Below are positions 51,689-61,753 of a stretch of DNA of 64,000 bases, piece after piece. Source of the DNA: Candidatus Wolframiiraptor sinensis (lineage in GTDB: Archaea > Thermoproteota > Nitrososphaeria_A > Caldarchaeales > Wolframiiraptoraceae). The stretch's first letter is position 1. Every line of letters starts with the position of its first letter. The notes under the pieces are model-generated. The model did no database searches. It had not been told where the DNA came from and saw nothing but the letters and a program-made list of their open reading frames with translations. Where the stretch lies: positions 1 through 64,000 of the forward strand of contig JALNKA010000001.1 of the NCBI GenBank assembly GCA_023261815.1, in the 5' to 3' direction. The position numbers and the translations under genes are program-made.

Positions 51689-52420
51689 ATGAGCTTGAGC
51701 CGTAATGCCTCCTACATCCCTCCCCCAAAAATAGTCCCATCAATCCTCTCCGCCGATTTCAGGAGGCTTGAAGAGGAGGTGAGGGAAGCTGAGAAAGCTG
51801 GAGCGGATATGCTGCACTTCGATATAATGGATGGGCGCTTTGTCCCCAACATAAGCTTCGGCCCAATGGTGATAAGCGCTCTAAGACGCGTGTCAAGCCT
51901 ACCCTTTATCGCGCACCTAATGGTCGAGAAGCCTGAAAGCTTCATCGATCCTGTAATCAGCGCGGGCGGAGATCTTATAATATTCCACGTGGAGGCGTGC
52001 CCTCACCCATTTCGGCTAATTGATTCCATCAAGGATAGGGGCGTTAAGGTTGGCGTGGCATTAAACCCCGCGACGCCTCTCTCCGCCATAAAATACGTTG
52101 TGAAGCGCGTGGACATGATTTTGTTGATGACCGTGGAGCCCGGATTCGGGGGCCAGGAATTCATCCCCGAGATAATGGAGAAGATTAGGAAGCTGAGAAG
52201 AATCATGGCTATGGCCGAGTTGCGGAAAGATATAGCCGTTGATGGTGGGGTGGATTTCGCGAATGCCTCCTCCATAATACGCGCCGGTGCGAATGTGCTC
52301 ATCGCTGGGACGAGCATCTTCGGCCAGAGTAGCATTGAAGAATCCATTAAAAAGTTGAAGAGAATCGCTTTGGAGACCTATAATGAGCTCTGCAAATCGG
52401 GTTCTAATCAGCGGTCATGA
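51689..52420 (+). CDS. rpe: Ribulose-phosphate 3-epimerase
   Basis: PSILSADF, HFDIMDGRFVPN, AHLMV, MTVEPGFGGQ, VDGG. Confidence 0.97.
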   Translation: MSLSRNASYIPPPKIVPSILSADFRRLEEEVREAEKAGADMLHFDIMDGRFVPNISFGPMVISALRRVSSLPFIAHLMVEKPESFIDPVISAGGDLIIFHVEACPHPFRLIDSIKDRGVKVGVALNPATPLSAIKYVVKRVDMILLMTVEPGFGGQEFIPEIMEKIRKLRRIMAMAELRKDIAVDGGVDFANASSIIRAGANVLIAGTSIFGQSSIEESIKKLKRIALETYNELCKSGSNQRS

Positions 52421-52486
52421 CCCTCTCTCCAAATAAATAGCATCACTAAAAATTTATTTAAGCCACGCCTTACAAAGATGCTTTTG

Positions 52487-53888
52487 ATGAAGGTTGTTAA
52501 GCTCGGCTTTGTTCCGCTTCATAGATATCCTTTTGACGAGAAGTGTGGTGTCGAGGTAAGGAGGCGGGTTATAGAAAGCGTCTCGAAGATTCCGGGTATC
52601 CAGCTTATCTATCCCGGCGAGGATCTGACTAATCTAGGCCTCGTTTTGGAATGATGAGGATGCTGAGAAAGTGATAGACCTCTTCAAGCGCGAGAAAGTT
52701 GATGGATTACTCTTAGGCACCATGACTTTCGGGGACGAGCTCGCTGGAGCCAGAGTGGCTGAGGAGTTTAAGGGCTTCCCAATCGCGGTCTTCGGGACGA
52801 AGGAGCCCGAACTGCTTCCGGGAGGCTTCAGGAGATCGGACTCATTTTGCGGGACCCTATCCCTAGCATCCGGCCTTTATCGAAGAGAGATACCTTTCAC
52901 ATTTCTAGGACTATTCTTTCCAGAAGAGGATGCTTTCAGGAGGAGGGTGGAGAGCTTCGCTAGGACTGTCGCGATAATGAACAGGTTTATAGGGGCTAGG
53001 ATAGGATTGATAGGTCCGAGACCCGAGAGATTTGAGACCGTCACTTTTAATGAGGCGGAGATGGTTAGGAGGTTTAAGCAGAGGGTTATTCACGAGCCGC
53101 TTCTGTCAGTTGTTGAGGAAGCGAGAGCGCTGAGCGACAATGATCCCGAGGTAAGAAGAATAGTTGAGGAGATGAAGCTCATGATAGATGTTTCTCAGGT
53201 CTCAGCCGAAGCCTTGCTCAAGATGGCGAAGCTCGAGCTGATTTTAAGGAGATTGGCCGAGAAGAAGAGGCTCTCGGCAATGGGCATCAGATGCTGGACG
53301 GAGATTCAGAGATATTATGGAATAAGCCCGTGCTTCGTAATGGGTAGGCTCACGCAATCCGGCATACCGTGCTCGTGCGAGGTCGACATATATGGCGCGC
53401 TGACGATGCTAATGCAGTATGAGGCATCCTTGGAAACCGTTCCGCCCCACTTCATAGACTGGACCATACAGCATCCCAAGGACCCGAACGTTTTCCTGGC
53501 ATGGCATTGTGGAAATGCTCCCCCGAGCCTAGTATGCCCCGGGTGCACGGCAGCCTTAAGATATCATAGTATAATATACAGGGATGTTGGGGTTGAGAGA
53601 TCTTACGGGACTGCGGAGTTTAGGCTCAAGCCGGGGCCAGCAACGATCTGCAGGCTTGTCGAGTATCGGGGAGAGTTCAAGATGCTCATAACTCGTGGAG
53701 AAGTCCTCGAAGAAGAGGCGGAGTTCAGGGGGAGCTGGGCCTGGGTGAGAGTGAAGGATCTCGAAAAGCTTTATAGAACTCTCGTCGAGGAGGGCTTCGT
53801 CCATCACGCGAGCCTGATCCATGGAGACTACGTCGAGCCGATAGCCGAGGCCTGCAGACTGCTCAACATAAGAACCGTGATCGTGTAG
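52487..53888 (+). pseudogene. L-fucose/L-arabinose isomerase-family protein, one frameshift near 52645
   Basis: ATG52487 MKVVKLGFVP; an extra T in GTTTTGG shifts the frame; DSFCG, CWTEIQ, CEVDIYGA, WHCG, HH motifs. Confidence 0.8.
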
Positions 53889-54008
53889 CTTGAGAGCCTA
53901 CATAACACCCTCCCCATTTTTATCACGTACGAGCGGTACGCTCGGGTTGTAGCGGCCCTGTATGGAGCGATTTATTACGTGCTTCTTAGATGATATTACG
54001 CGGGGAGT

Positions 54009-55322
54009 ATGAGAATTTACAGGGCGGCTTGGGCGGCCTGCTTAGCTGCTCTCTTAGCCGCGCTCATCATGGCATCATGTGCTCAAGGCTTCTCGGCAGT
54101 CGAGAATGACTTAGAGTATAGGCTCGACTACCCGGTCGAGATCAAGACAGGCACCTGCTCGGCGATAAACTTTTGGATGAAGGTCTCGAAAACTCTAACC
54201 GACGTTACGGTCTCGCTTTCCGTGTTCTATCATCGGGACTCGAGGGTTGATACGCTATACAGTGAAGCGATCTTGAGTGAGAGCACGCTGGCCGCGGGCT
54301 CGACGAGGTCGAAATCCATATCGATCTGCGTTCCGAGAGGAGTTCCGGCAGACCCATACCTAAGAGCCAAGATTCAGTTCTATTACAATGGGAGCGAGAA
54401 GCTTTCACAAGAATGGTATATGTCGATCGTGAGAGATGAAACTTACGATGAACTCAGGAGTGAGGTGAATAAGTTAAGAGGCACAGTATCCAGCTTAGAA
54501 AATGAGCTCAAGAAAAGAGATGAGAAGCTCAGTCAGCTCCAAGACGATTATAATACCCTGCTCGCCAGCTACATATCCCTCAAGGAGTCCTACCGGAAAT
54601 TGAAGGAGGATCTCGCGAAACTGGAGGATGATTACCGGAATCTGCAGAAAGATTACTCGAGTTTGCAGAATAGCTACGAGTCTTTGAGGGACAGGCATCA
54701 ATCAACTCTGCTGAACCTTGAGAGGATTAATGCGCTTTACGAGTCGCTCTCAAGGCAGTTCGAGAGCTTGGAGGAGAAGTACAGGTCCTTGCTCACGGAT
54801 TACAAGTCCACATTAGCCGAGCTCCGAACCTACAAAAGCATGTACGAGGACCTCAAGTTAAGGCACGATGATCTCAGATCCAGGCATGATGCGCTGATCG
54901 CCGAAGCGGCCCAGTTAAGGCAGAGGCTCGCGGAGCTGGAGAGCGACTACAGCTACCTCAACAGGATTTATGAGGCGACGCTCGGCGAAAGCTCGCTAAC
55001 AAAGAACATCCTCTTCGCTCAGACTGCGGCGGTCGCGACGGGCCTAGGAATCTATGCTGTGCTATCGAGAAGGATCGCCAGGAAGCCTAGAACGCCGGAA
55101 ACGGCTGAGGAGGGTAATGGTGAGAAGAAGGTGCAGAAGATACTATCCGGGAGGAGGATTACTATACCCAGCGAGGCGGCTGCAAAGCTGGGGCTCAAGG
55201 AAGGCGACTTAGTAGAGGTGGATTATGGTAATGGCTCAATAATCATAAGGCCTGCCGATAGGGAGAAGCCCAAGCAGAAGCCAGAAGAATCGGAAAAGGC
55301 AGAGAATAACAGCGGTGCGTGA
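54009..55322 (+). CDS. Secreted beta domain + long coiled coil + TM + cytoplasmic AbrB/SpoVT-like domain
   Basis: Signal peptide; ~190-aa heptad repeat; AAVATGLGIYAVL TM; GRRITIPSEAAAKLGLKEGDLVEV..IIIRP. Confidence 0.75.
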   Translation: MRIYRAAWAACLAALLAALIMASCAQGFSAVENDLEYRLDYPVEIKTGTCSAINFWMKVSKTLTDVTVSLSVFYHRDSRVDTLYSEAILSESTLAAGSTRSKSISICVPRGVPADPYLRAKIQFYYNGSEKLSQEWYMSIVRDETYDELRSEVNKLRGTVSSLENELKKRDEKLSQLQDDYNTLLASYISLKESYRKLKEDLAKLEDDYRNLQKDYSSLQNSYESLRDRHQSTLLNLERINALYESLSRQFESLEEKYRSLLTDYKSTLAELRTYKSMYEDLKLRHDDLRSRHDALIAEAAQLRQRLAELESDYSYLNRIYEATLGESSLTKNILFAQTAAVATGLGIYAVLSRRIARKPRTPETAEEGNGEKKVQKILSGRRITIPSEAAAKLGLKEGDLVEVDYGNGSIIIRPADREKPKQKPEESEKAENNSGA

Positions 55323-55411
55323 TAATTGGCGTGGCGCGACCGGAGTAGCGGAGGCGGCTTCCAGTAAGCTTAGCTCAACCCCCCTCAGCATAAATAATGA
55401 TTTTTCGCGTG

Positions 55412-56404
55412 CTAACTCATGCCTATGCGCGGGCAATATGGATCAGGCCCATCAAAAGTTCCATATGCGAGATATGATCTCGCATAGCATCCGCCCATGC
55501 ATATCTCCACCAGCTTGCAGGACTTGCACGGCTCCCTAAGCCTCGGGCTCATTACCTTCTTTACCTCACGGCTTTTCAAATACTCGCTGAGAGCATTCCT
55601 AAACCCCTTCTTCACGTTGCTGAGTCTTATGTCGAGGATGTCGCAGAGGAGCAGGTTTCCGGCGGGATCTATGTCTAAAACCTTGCACCTTCTACAATCC
55701 GACCATGTTGAGATGAACTTAGGATCTATCACGAGCTTGCCTGGGACATAGCACCAGACGGCAATCCAGTACCCGAGATTTTTCGCGGCAGATTCGGCGG
55801 CTCTCAAGGCTGAGATCAGCTGATCAGGGCTTGGGGCGATATCTGGGCCTGCCCTGCCAACGGGCATCGTCGGAATCATGCACGCGCAATCAGCCCCGGA
55901 TTTCTCGGCGAGCTCCGTGTATCCAGCAGCATCCATGTAGTTCAGCTTATTTACCGCCATGACGGTCGAGAGCTCGAGCCCAGTTCTCCTAGCGATCTCC
56001 AGCCCCCTCAAGAGCCTATCCCAGCTTCCCGGCCCCCTTATCAGCTCATATGTTCTCCTGCAGGCTCCATCCAAGCTCACAAACAGGTGGACATCATGCT
56101 TGCCGATAATCCTGGCCTTCTCCTCATCCAGCAGCTGCGCATTCGTGTTGATGCTGCACTCGATGCCATGTTCCCGTATTCTCTCGAGACAGGGCTCGAG
56201 ATCCCTATTGATAAGCGGCTCGCCTCCGGTTATCCCAATATAGGATACACCGCACTCGGCGAGCTCGTCTATGAGCTTGAGCTTCTCTCCGAGCGGCAGC
56301 TCCTTAACCTCAATAAATCTGCTAGCATAGCAGTGTACGCACTTCAGATTGCATGTTCCATTCATTATCCATATAACAGCTTGTGGGATTATATCATTAC
56401 TCAA
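55412..56404 (-). CDS. Radical SAM protein with SPASM-type auxiliary cluster domain
   Basis: CNLKCVHC, TGGEPL, VSLDG, CKSC..ICMGGC..DPYC. Confidence 0.93.
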   Translation of the reverse strand: MSNDIIPQAVIWIMNGTCNLKCVHCYASRFIEVKELPLGEKLKLIDELAECGVSYIGITGGEPLINRDLEPCLERIREHGIECSINTNAQLLDEEKARIIGKHDVHLFVSLDGACRRTYELIRGPGSWDRLLRGLEIARRTGLELSTVMAVNKLNYMDAAGYTELAEKSGADCACMIPTMPVGRAGPDIAPSPDQLISALRAAESAAKNLGYWIAVWCYVPGKLVIDPKFISTWSDCRRCKVLDIDPAGNLLLCDILDIRLSNVKKGFRNALSEYLKSREVKKVMSPRLREPCKSCKLVEICMGGCYARSYLAYGTFDGPDPYCPRIGMS

Positions 56405-56542
56405 GATCCCACCGCTAGCGCGTGGAGACGGAGATTCTGACGACCTTATTCGTCTAGGATTATTTATACTTAAAGCATGAGGGGCGATAAAAGCTATGGC
56501 TCACCTATTTAGCTAGATTTGTTCAGGGATTTTCCCACATTG

Positions 56543-57445
56543 ATGCGCGGAAATGCGGGAACGCGCGTGATAAAGCCGTTCGATCCTTGGAGAGGTAGGC
56601 TTTGTACTTGCCCGCGGAAGTTCTCCTTCGATCCTTATACAGGCTGCGAACATGGGTGCTTATATTGCTACGCGTCATTCTATATCAGGAGGTTTCATGA
56701 GTGCAGGCCTAAGAAGAATCTTCTAGAGCTTGTTGAAGGCGATGTTCTCCGCCTGCCCGAGAATGCTCTCATCTCGATGTCCAATAGCTCCGACCCATAT
56801 CCTCCCATGGAATACGGGCTGGAGCTCACGAGGCGATGCTTAAATGAGTTTCGGAGGAGGAACTTGAGAATTCTGGTTATAACGAAAAGCGACCTCGTTC
56901 TCAGGGATCTAGATATCCTCAGAGCGCTTAGGTGCGCGGTGACATTGACGATAACTACTCTTGATGATCAGCTTGCGGGCAGGCTTGAGCCCGGCGCGCC
57001 GCCACCCTCGAGGAGGCTACACGCCGTTGAGAGACTCAGCTCCGAGGGAATAAGGGTAGGTGTGAGGGTCGACCCGATAATCCCCTACATCAATGATGAG
57101 GGCATTGATGATCTTCTGAGGGAGGTGAGAGATGCCGGCGCGATCCACGTCACATCCAGCACGTTTAAGCCCAGGCCGGATTCGTGGGCCAGGATCGAGG
57201 CGGCATTCCCTGATGTCGCCGAGAAGCTGAGACCTCTCTACTTCGAGGAGGGCGAGCGGATCGCGAGAAGCCGTTACCTCCCAAAGCCCATGAGATTCAA
57301 GCTGATGAAGATGATCGCGGATGGGTGCCGGAAGCTCGGCCTAACATTCGCATGCTGCAGGGAGGGGTTTATCGAGCTCAACACGGGGGCTAGCTGTGAT
57401 GGAAGCCACCTTATACCATCGAGGCCATACTCACCCGAGGATTGA
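56543..57445 (+). CDS. Radical SAM protein, SplB-like (COG1533) family
   Basis: DPYTGCEHGCLYCY, SDPYPP, ITKS..VLRD, LEPGAPPPSRRL. Confidence 0.9.
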   Translation: MRGNAGTRVIKPFDPWRGRLCTCPRKFSFDPYTGCEHGCLYCYASFYIRRFHECRPKKNLLELVEGDVLRLPENALISMSNSSDPYPPMEYGLELTRRCLNEFRRRNLRILVITKSDLVLRDLDILRALRCAVTLTITTLDDQLAGRLEPGAPPPSRRLHAVERLSSEGIRVGVRVDPIIPYINDEGIDDLLREVRDAGAIHVTSSTFKPRPDSWARIEAAFPDVAEKLRPLYFEEGERIARSRYLPKPMRFKLMKMIADGCRKLGLTFACCREGFIELNTGASCDGSHLIPSRPYSPED

Positions 57446-58366
57446 GAGTAGAACCGCCTTCGCCGTGTGAAGCCTATTCTCCGCCTGATCCCATACGGCT
57501 GATCTATCCCCATCTATTACCTCGGCTGATACCTCCTCGCCCCTCTTGGCCGGAAGCGGGTGCATGAAGATAGCGCTTGGCTTTGCGAGCTCCATGAGCC
57601 TCCCGGTAACCTGGTATCTTGGCAGGAAATCTCGCAGCCTCTTCTCCCTCTCGGCCTCCATGCCCATGCTCACGAAGACGTCGGTCATCAAGACATCAGC
57701 GCCCCTCGCAGCCCTCTCCGGGTCCTCGGTAACCTCGATCATTGAACCACTGACCTTCGCATTTTCCTGAGCCCACTCGAGGTATCTTCTATCGGGCTCA
57801 TAACCTCTCGGGCATGCTATCGCGATGTGGGCGCCGAGCTTGGTCGCTCCTATCAGCGTCGAGTTGCAGACATTATTTCCATCGCCGATCCACGCTATCT
57901 TGATTCCCCTTATCTTGCCAAACCTCTCCCATATCGTGAGGAGATCCGCGAGCGTTTGGAGCGGGTGATCTAGGTCGGATAAGGCGTTCACGACCGGCTT
58001 ATCGGCCCACTCCGCCAGCTCGGCGAGATCCGCGTGCCTCCTAACCCTGGCGGTTATGAGATCCACATATCTTGACAGCACCCTAGCCGTATCGGCTATA
58101 GTCTCCCCCCTCCCAAGCTGCAGCTCATCGAATCTCAGATAGATCGGTTTTCCGCCGAGCTCGCTCACGGCGACATCGAGCGAGACCCTAGTCCTCGTCG
58201 AGGGCTTCTCGAATATCATGGCGATATTTCTGCCCGAGAGCCTTCCGGAGAAAAGCCTTCTATCGCGCTTGAGCTCCGCCGAGAGCTTTATGAGCCCCAT
58301 TATCTCCTCAGATGTCAGATCTTGGAGTGTTAGAAGATCTCTCCCACGAAGAGATTCAACGATCAT
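57431..58366 (-). CDS. argF: Ornithine carbamoyltransferase
   Basis: FEKPSTRTRVS, HPLQ, GDGNNV, SMG, HPLPAKRGEEV, QAENRLH. Confidence 0.96.
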   Translation of the reverse strand: MIVESLRGRDLLTLQDLTSEEIMGLIKLSAELKRDRRLFSGRLSGRNIAMIFEKPSTRTRVSLDVAVSELGGKPIYLRFDELQLGRGETIADTARVLSRYVDLITARVRRHADLAELAEWADKPVVNALSDLDHPLQTLADLLTIWERFGKIRGIKIAWIGDGNNVCNSTLIGATKLGAHIAIACPRGYEPDRRYLEWAQENAKVSGSMIEVTEDPERAARGADVLMTDVFVSMGMEAEREKRLRDFLPRYQVTGRLMELAKPSAIFMHPLPAKRGEEVSAEVIDGDRSAVWDQAENRLHTAKAVLLSILG

Positions 58367-58418
58367 CTCAATCGCAGATTAGCCAGCTAATATATCTCAC
58401 GCTCGCCGAGAATAAGCA

Positions 58419-59630
58419 CTACCTCCTTCTCATAGGTCTTCTGGGCTTTTTGGGCCTCTCGGGCTTCTCTCTCGGCATTGGCTTCTTCGCCGGCGGCGCC
58501 TTATACTTCTCCCTTATCTCCTGAAGTCTCTTCTCGAGCTTTTCACGGAGCTCCGCGCCCCTATCCTCCCTCGTGAAGTAATCGATCTTCGCGGCGATCG
58601 CTATGGCGGCCGCGAGGGCTCTCGCGATCTTCCCCCTAAGATGCTTTGGGGAGCCGTGGATCAGGGGGCTCTGGAAGATTATGCCGTGCTTCGGCGCACC
58701 CCTTCCGGTCCTGAAGAACCTGAAAAGGGCCTTCTCCGCGCCGAGAACCTGGATAGTGCTGGCCGGAAGCCTCGCGAGCTTCTCGAGACCGCCGGCCATC
58801 GAGATGAGCTTCGCGCCGAGTATTGGGCCAGCGACCGCGGAGAGGTTTGGGGCCTCAGCCGACATGAGCTCCTCGATATACCTCTCCTGCTCCTTTCTGA
58901 GCTGTATCAGCCTAAGCCCCTCCCTCGCCACATCCTTCACCATCTCCTCATCCTCCGGGCTCAGATCCGCTCCAACAGAGCTTCTAGTCCTCTCAATTAT
59001 CTCATCGGCGAGCTTCGAGCCGACGATTCTTCCAAGCTTTCCCTCATCGAAGTTTCTCCTCGCGCCCATCTCAGCGACTATCTTCATGTAGTCCTCTAAG
59101 TCGTCCACGACTTCTGCGAGCTCGGGGAAGTGGAGGCCATACCACTCCCTGCACCTAGTATAGATCATGTTTATCTGCTTATCCAGGTCCTCCAGCACGT
59201 GGATCGCGTGAACGATCATCATGTCTCTTCTCGCGACGGCCTCTTTCAGCTCCTCCTCCACCAGCCTGTCTAGAACCCTCTTCACCTCCACCCTATACTC
59301 TTCGATGCTATCGACGACTCCGCTCCTGACGAGCACTTTCTCGAGGTCCACGGGTCTATCGAGCTCGCCGAGCTCGAGGCCTGCGAACTCCCTGGCGAGC
59401 GCTATCAGAAGGCTTGATGGGGAGACTAGAATCCTCTTATAACCGTTTGATGCGAGCTCGGAGACTACCTCCCTAACCTCGCTTATCACCTCTCCCCTCT
59501 TCACACTCATGAAGGCTTTGACCCTCGCCTCGAGATCATCGGGATAAGGCCTCGCAACCAGCACCTCATCATCTGATAAGCCGACCGCGGCAAGAGGGCC
59601 CGCAATTAAGATAGCTGATTTCGCGCTCAT
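58419..59630 (-). CDS. nop5: C/D box sRNP protein Nop5 (Nop56/58)
   Basis: REWYGLHFPEL, APNLSAVAG, PASTIQVLGAEKALF, PKHGIIF, RGKIARALA. Confidence 0.96.
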   Translation of the reverse strand: MSAKSAILIAGPLAAVGLSDDEVLVARPYPDDLEARVKAFMSVKRGEVISEVREVVSELASNGYKRILVSPSSLLIALAREFAGLELGELDRPVDLEKVLVRSGVVDSIEEYRVEVKRVLDRLVEEELKEAVARRDMMIVHAIHVLEDLDKQINMIYTRCREWYGLHFPELAEVVDDLEDYMKIVAEMGARRNFDEGKLGRIVGSKLADEIIERTRSSVGADLSPEDEEMVKDVAREGLRLIQLRKEQERYIEELMSAEAPNLSAVAGPILGAKLISMAGGLEKLARLPASTIQVLGAEKALFRFFRTGRGAPKHGIIFQSPLIHGSPKHLRGKIARALAAAIAIAAKIDYFTREDRGAELREKLEKRLQEIREKYKAPPAKKPMPREKPERPKKPRRPMRRR

Positions 59631-59815
59631 TGACGTTATTTGAGTGCATTCTGACCTAATTAGAGTTTCGCTGGGCTCTGAGCCGATGCCGAAGAATGCG
59701 AAACCGGCCATCGCATAACTCTCCCGATGATCTCCATTCATCGCTGTGACACATCTTAGTCCTCTCTAAGAGTCATGAGTAATCTTAATCAAGGTGATCG
59801 AAAATACTGCGTGCC

Positions 59816-60319
59816 ATGGCGTCATGCGCTCAGAAACTTCTAGAGATAATCTACAATCGGAGGAGCATAAGGAAATATCATAGGAAGCCAATACCTGATG
59901 ATGTTCTCAAGGCGATTCTCGAGGCTGGAAGGCAAGCGCCAAGCGCTCGAAACCTTCAGCCATACTGTTTCATAATCGTCCGAGATCAGGAGCTGAAGAA
60001 AAGGCTCATCTTCTCGGAGTGGAATAGATTCATCGAAGAAGCTCCAGTCGTGATTGTAGGGTGCGGCGACTCACGGGCGAAGTGGGCGGTCGTGGACGTC
60101 GCAATAGCCCTTCAGAACATGGTGATAGCCGCCGAGGCTCTCGGCCTTGGAACATGCTGGATAGGCCACTTCATCGAGGAAGAGGTGAAGAAGCTCCTTA
60201 GAATACCGGAGCACATAAAGGTCGTGGCCATGATAACCCTCGGATACCCAGCTGAGAAGCCGGGCCCGCGGCCAAAGAAGAGCCTCGAGGAGCTGATACG
60301 ATACGAGACATACGAGTAA
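59816..60319 (+). CDS. Nitroreductase family protein
   Basis: RRSIRKY, APSARNLQP, AEALGLGTCWIG, LGYP. Confidence 0.95.
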   Translation: MASCAQKLLEIIYNRRSIRKYHRKPIPDDVLKAILEAGRQAPSARNLQPYCFIIVRDQELKKRLIFSEWNRFIEEAPVVIVGCGDSRAKWAVVDVAIALQNMVIAAEALGLGTCWIGHFIEEEVKKLLRIPEHIKVVAMITLGYPAEKPGPRPKKSLEELIRYETYE

Positions 60320-60431
60320 CCAGCATGCTTGGAGTAAATAACATTAAGCAGAAAGCAAGGAAAATCATCTCCTAAAGGGATGAGGAGGAAGTGTCGAAGA
60401 GGCTGCTAGAAATTTTGAAGACTTATAATGA

Positions 60432-60622
60432 GGACGGCCCCTCAAGGATTGGTAGCCGCCCTACGATGAGGCCGCTAGGAGGGTGGAGGAGCAGGATAAA
60501 AGCCCTGATGAAACCTGTGATCCTGCATTTGATGCTCCCGTAGAGGAGTGGTTTAAACCTTGATGCAGGCGAAGGGCTGTCCAAATGCCCCTCCCCCCGA
60601 CACCACTCTCTTTTCCCCTTTT
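60432..60622 (+). ncRNA. Candidate structured non-coding RNA with pyrimidine terminator
   Basis: Several complementary segments (60432-40/60574-82, 60456-62/60480-86, 60491-97/60520-26), GAUGA elements, then CTCTCTTTTCCCCTTTT. Confidence 0.4.
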
Positions 60623-60926
60623 AGACGGTGTTAAGGTTTAAGCTGGACTGGCGAGCCGCTTAATCTCTCGGGGCTTTTCCGGAGCTCGGCTCCACGGGCT
60701 TGCTCTCAGCGGAAAAGCATTCCTCATAGTCAAGTCGAGAAAAGACCTAGTGATAGAGTATCCATGCGAGGTTAGGATGGAGGATGGTACCATAATAGTG
60801 ATTGACAGGGAGAGGGCTGAAAGAGTGGCTGAGGAGAAATGATGCTAAGCGATCTAATATTATTGCTGGTTGGGAAGATCGAGGCTGATCTAGTGGATTG
60901 ACGTTCTGTTGAAAAATGTTTAAATG

Positions 60927-61060
60927 TTATAGTGTTAGGAGGGCTTTCACGCCTATTATTCTGCCCTCGGAGTCCCTGACCGCCGATGATGGGCTTGTGT
61001 CAGGCGCCAGTATGTCCGGGCGGGATACTCCGGTAAATACATTCGACGAAGACCAATAAC
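60927..61060 (-). pseudogene. 3' remnant of a small hypothetical protein gene (RPDILAPDT..AVRDSEGRIIGV)
   Basis: The C-terminal motif resembles a small virus/plasmid-type protein family from memory; N-terminus absent. Confidence 0.4.
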
Positions 61061-61136
61061 AATAAAGCCGAAGCCGCACGGCAAAACATGTTAAAAATAT
61101 ATTTAAATGCAGGGCTCTCAAAGGTTCTCAGCGGAC

Positions 61137-61289
61137 ATGCCGAGCCACGGCTCGATCACGAAGGCGGGTAAGGTCAGGTCCCAGACGCCGAAGATAGAGG
61201 CTAAGCCGAAGAGGAGCTTGGTGCCGAGAATCAGGAATCGCTTCAACTTCGAGAAGAGGCTCGTGGCCGTCAGCCAGCAGACGGTCTAA
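61137..61289 (+). CDS. rps30e: 30S ribosomal protein S30e
   Basis: [19 protein letters not shown]. Confidence 0.97.
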   Translation: MPSHGSITKAGKVRSQTPKIEAKPKRSLVPRIRNRFNFEKRLVAVSQQTV

Positions 61290-61378
61290 GCTCTCACGGG
61301 ATACTTAAATAGACGGAGCGGCACGAGGCATCAAGACCTTGATGAGCCGCGGGCAAGCGCTGTATCGGGTGATCTCTC

Positions 61379-61753
61379 ATGGCTAGAAGATCTTATCAGC
61401 CGAGGAAGCAGAGGAAGCTACTCTTCAACGCGCCGATGCATAGGCTTCCAAAGCTCATGTCAGCCCACCTCTCCCCAGAGCTCAGGGAGAAGTATAATCG
61501 CAGATCCTTCCCGATAAGAGTTGGGGATAAGGTGAGGATATTGAGGGGCGAGTTCAAGGGAATTGAGGGCAAGGTAACGAGCGTTGATAGGGAGAGGCAA
61601 GTGATTTACGTGGAGAACGTGACGATCAAGAAGGCTGATGGAACATCCGTCTCGAGGCCGATACACATATCGAATGTCATGATAACTGAGCTTAACCTCG
61701 ATGATGAGTATCGCAAGAAGGCGCTGGCTAGGGGAAAGGAGGTTGAGGCCTAA
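61379..61753 (+). CDS. rpl24: 50S ribosomal protein L24 (uL24)
   Basis: [35 protein letters not shown]. Confidence 0.97.
   Translation: MARRSYQPRKQRKLLFNAPMHRLPKLMSAHLSPELREKYNRRSFPIRVGDKVRILRGEFKGIEGKVTSVDRERQVIYVENVTIKKADGTSVSRPIHISNVMITELNLDDEYRKKALARGKEVEA

Noticed and set aside
53930-53944. CGAGCG-GTA-CGCTCG hairpin
   Set aside because: An isolated 6-bp stem with no supporting context.
55412-56404. RiPP cluster around the SPASM radical SAM gene
   Set aside because: No precursor peptide, PqqD/RRE domain, protease or exporter is adjacent.
60464-60520. Fluoride riboswitch or hammerhead ribozyme
   Set aside because: GAUGA and CUGAUGA words are present, but the required pseudoknot pairing or GAAA/NUH core geometry could not be built.
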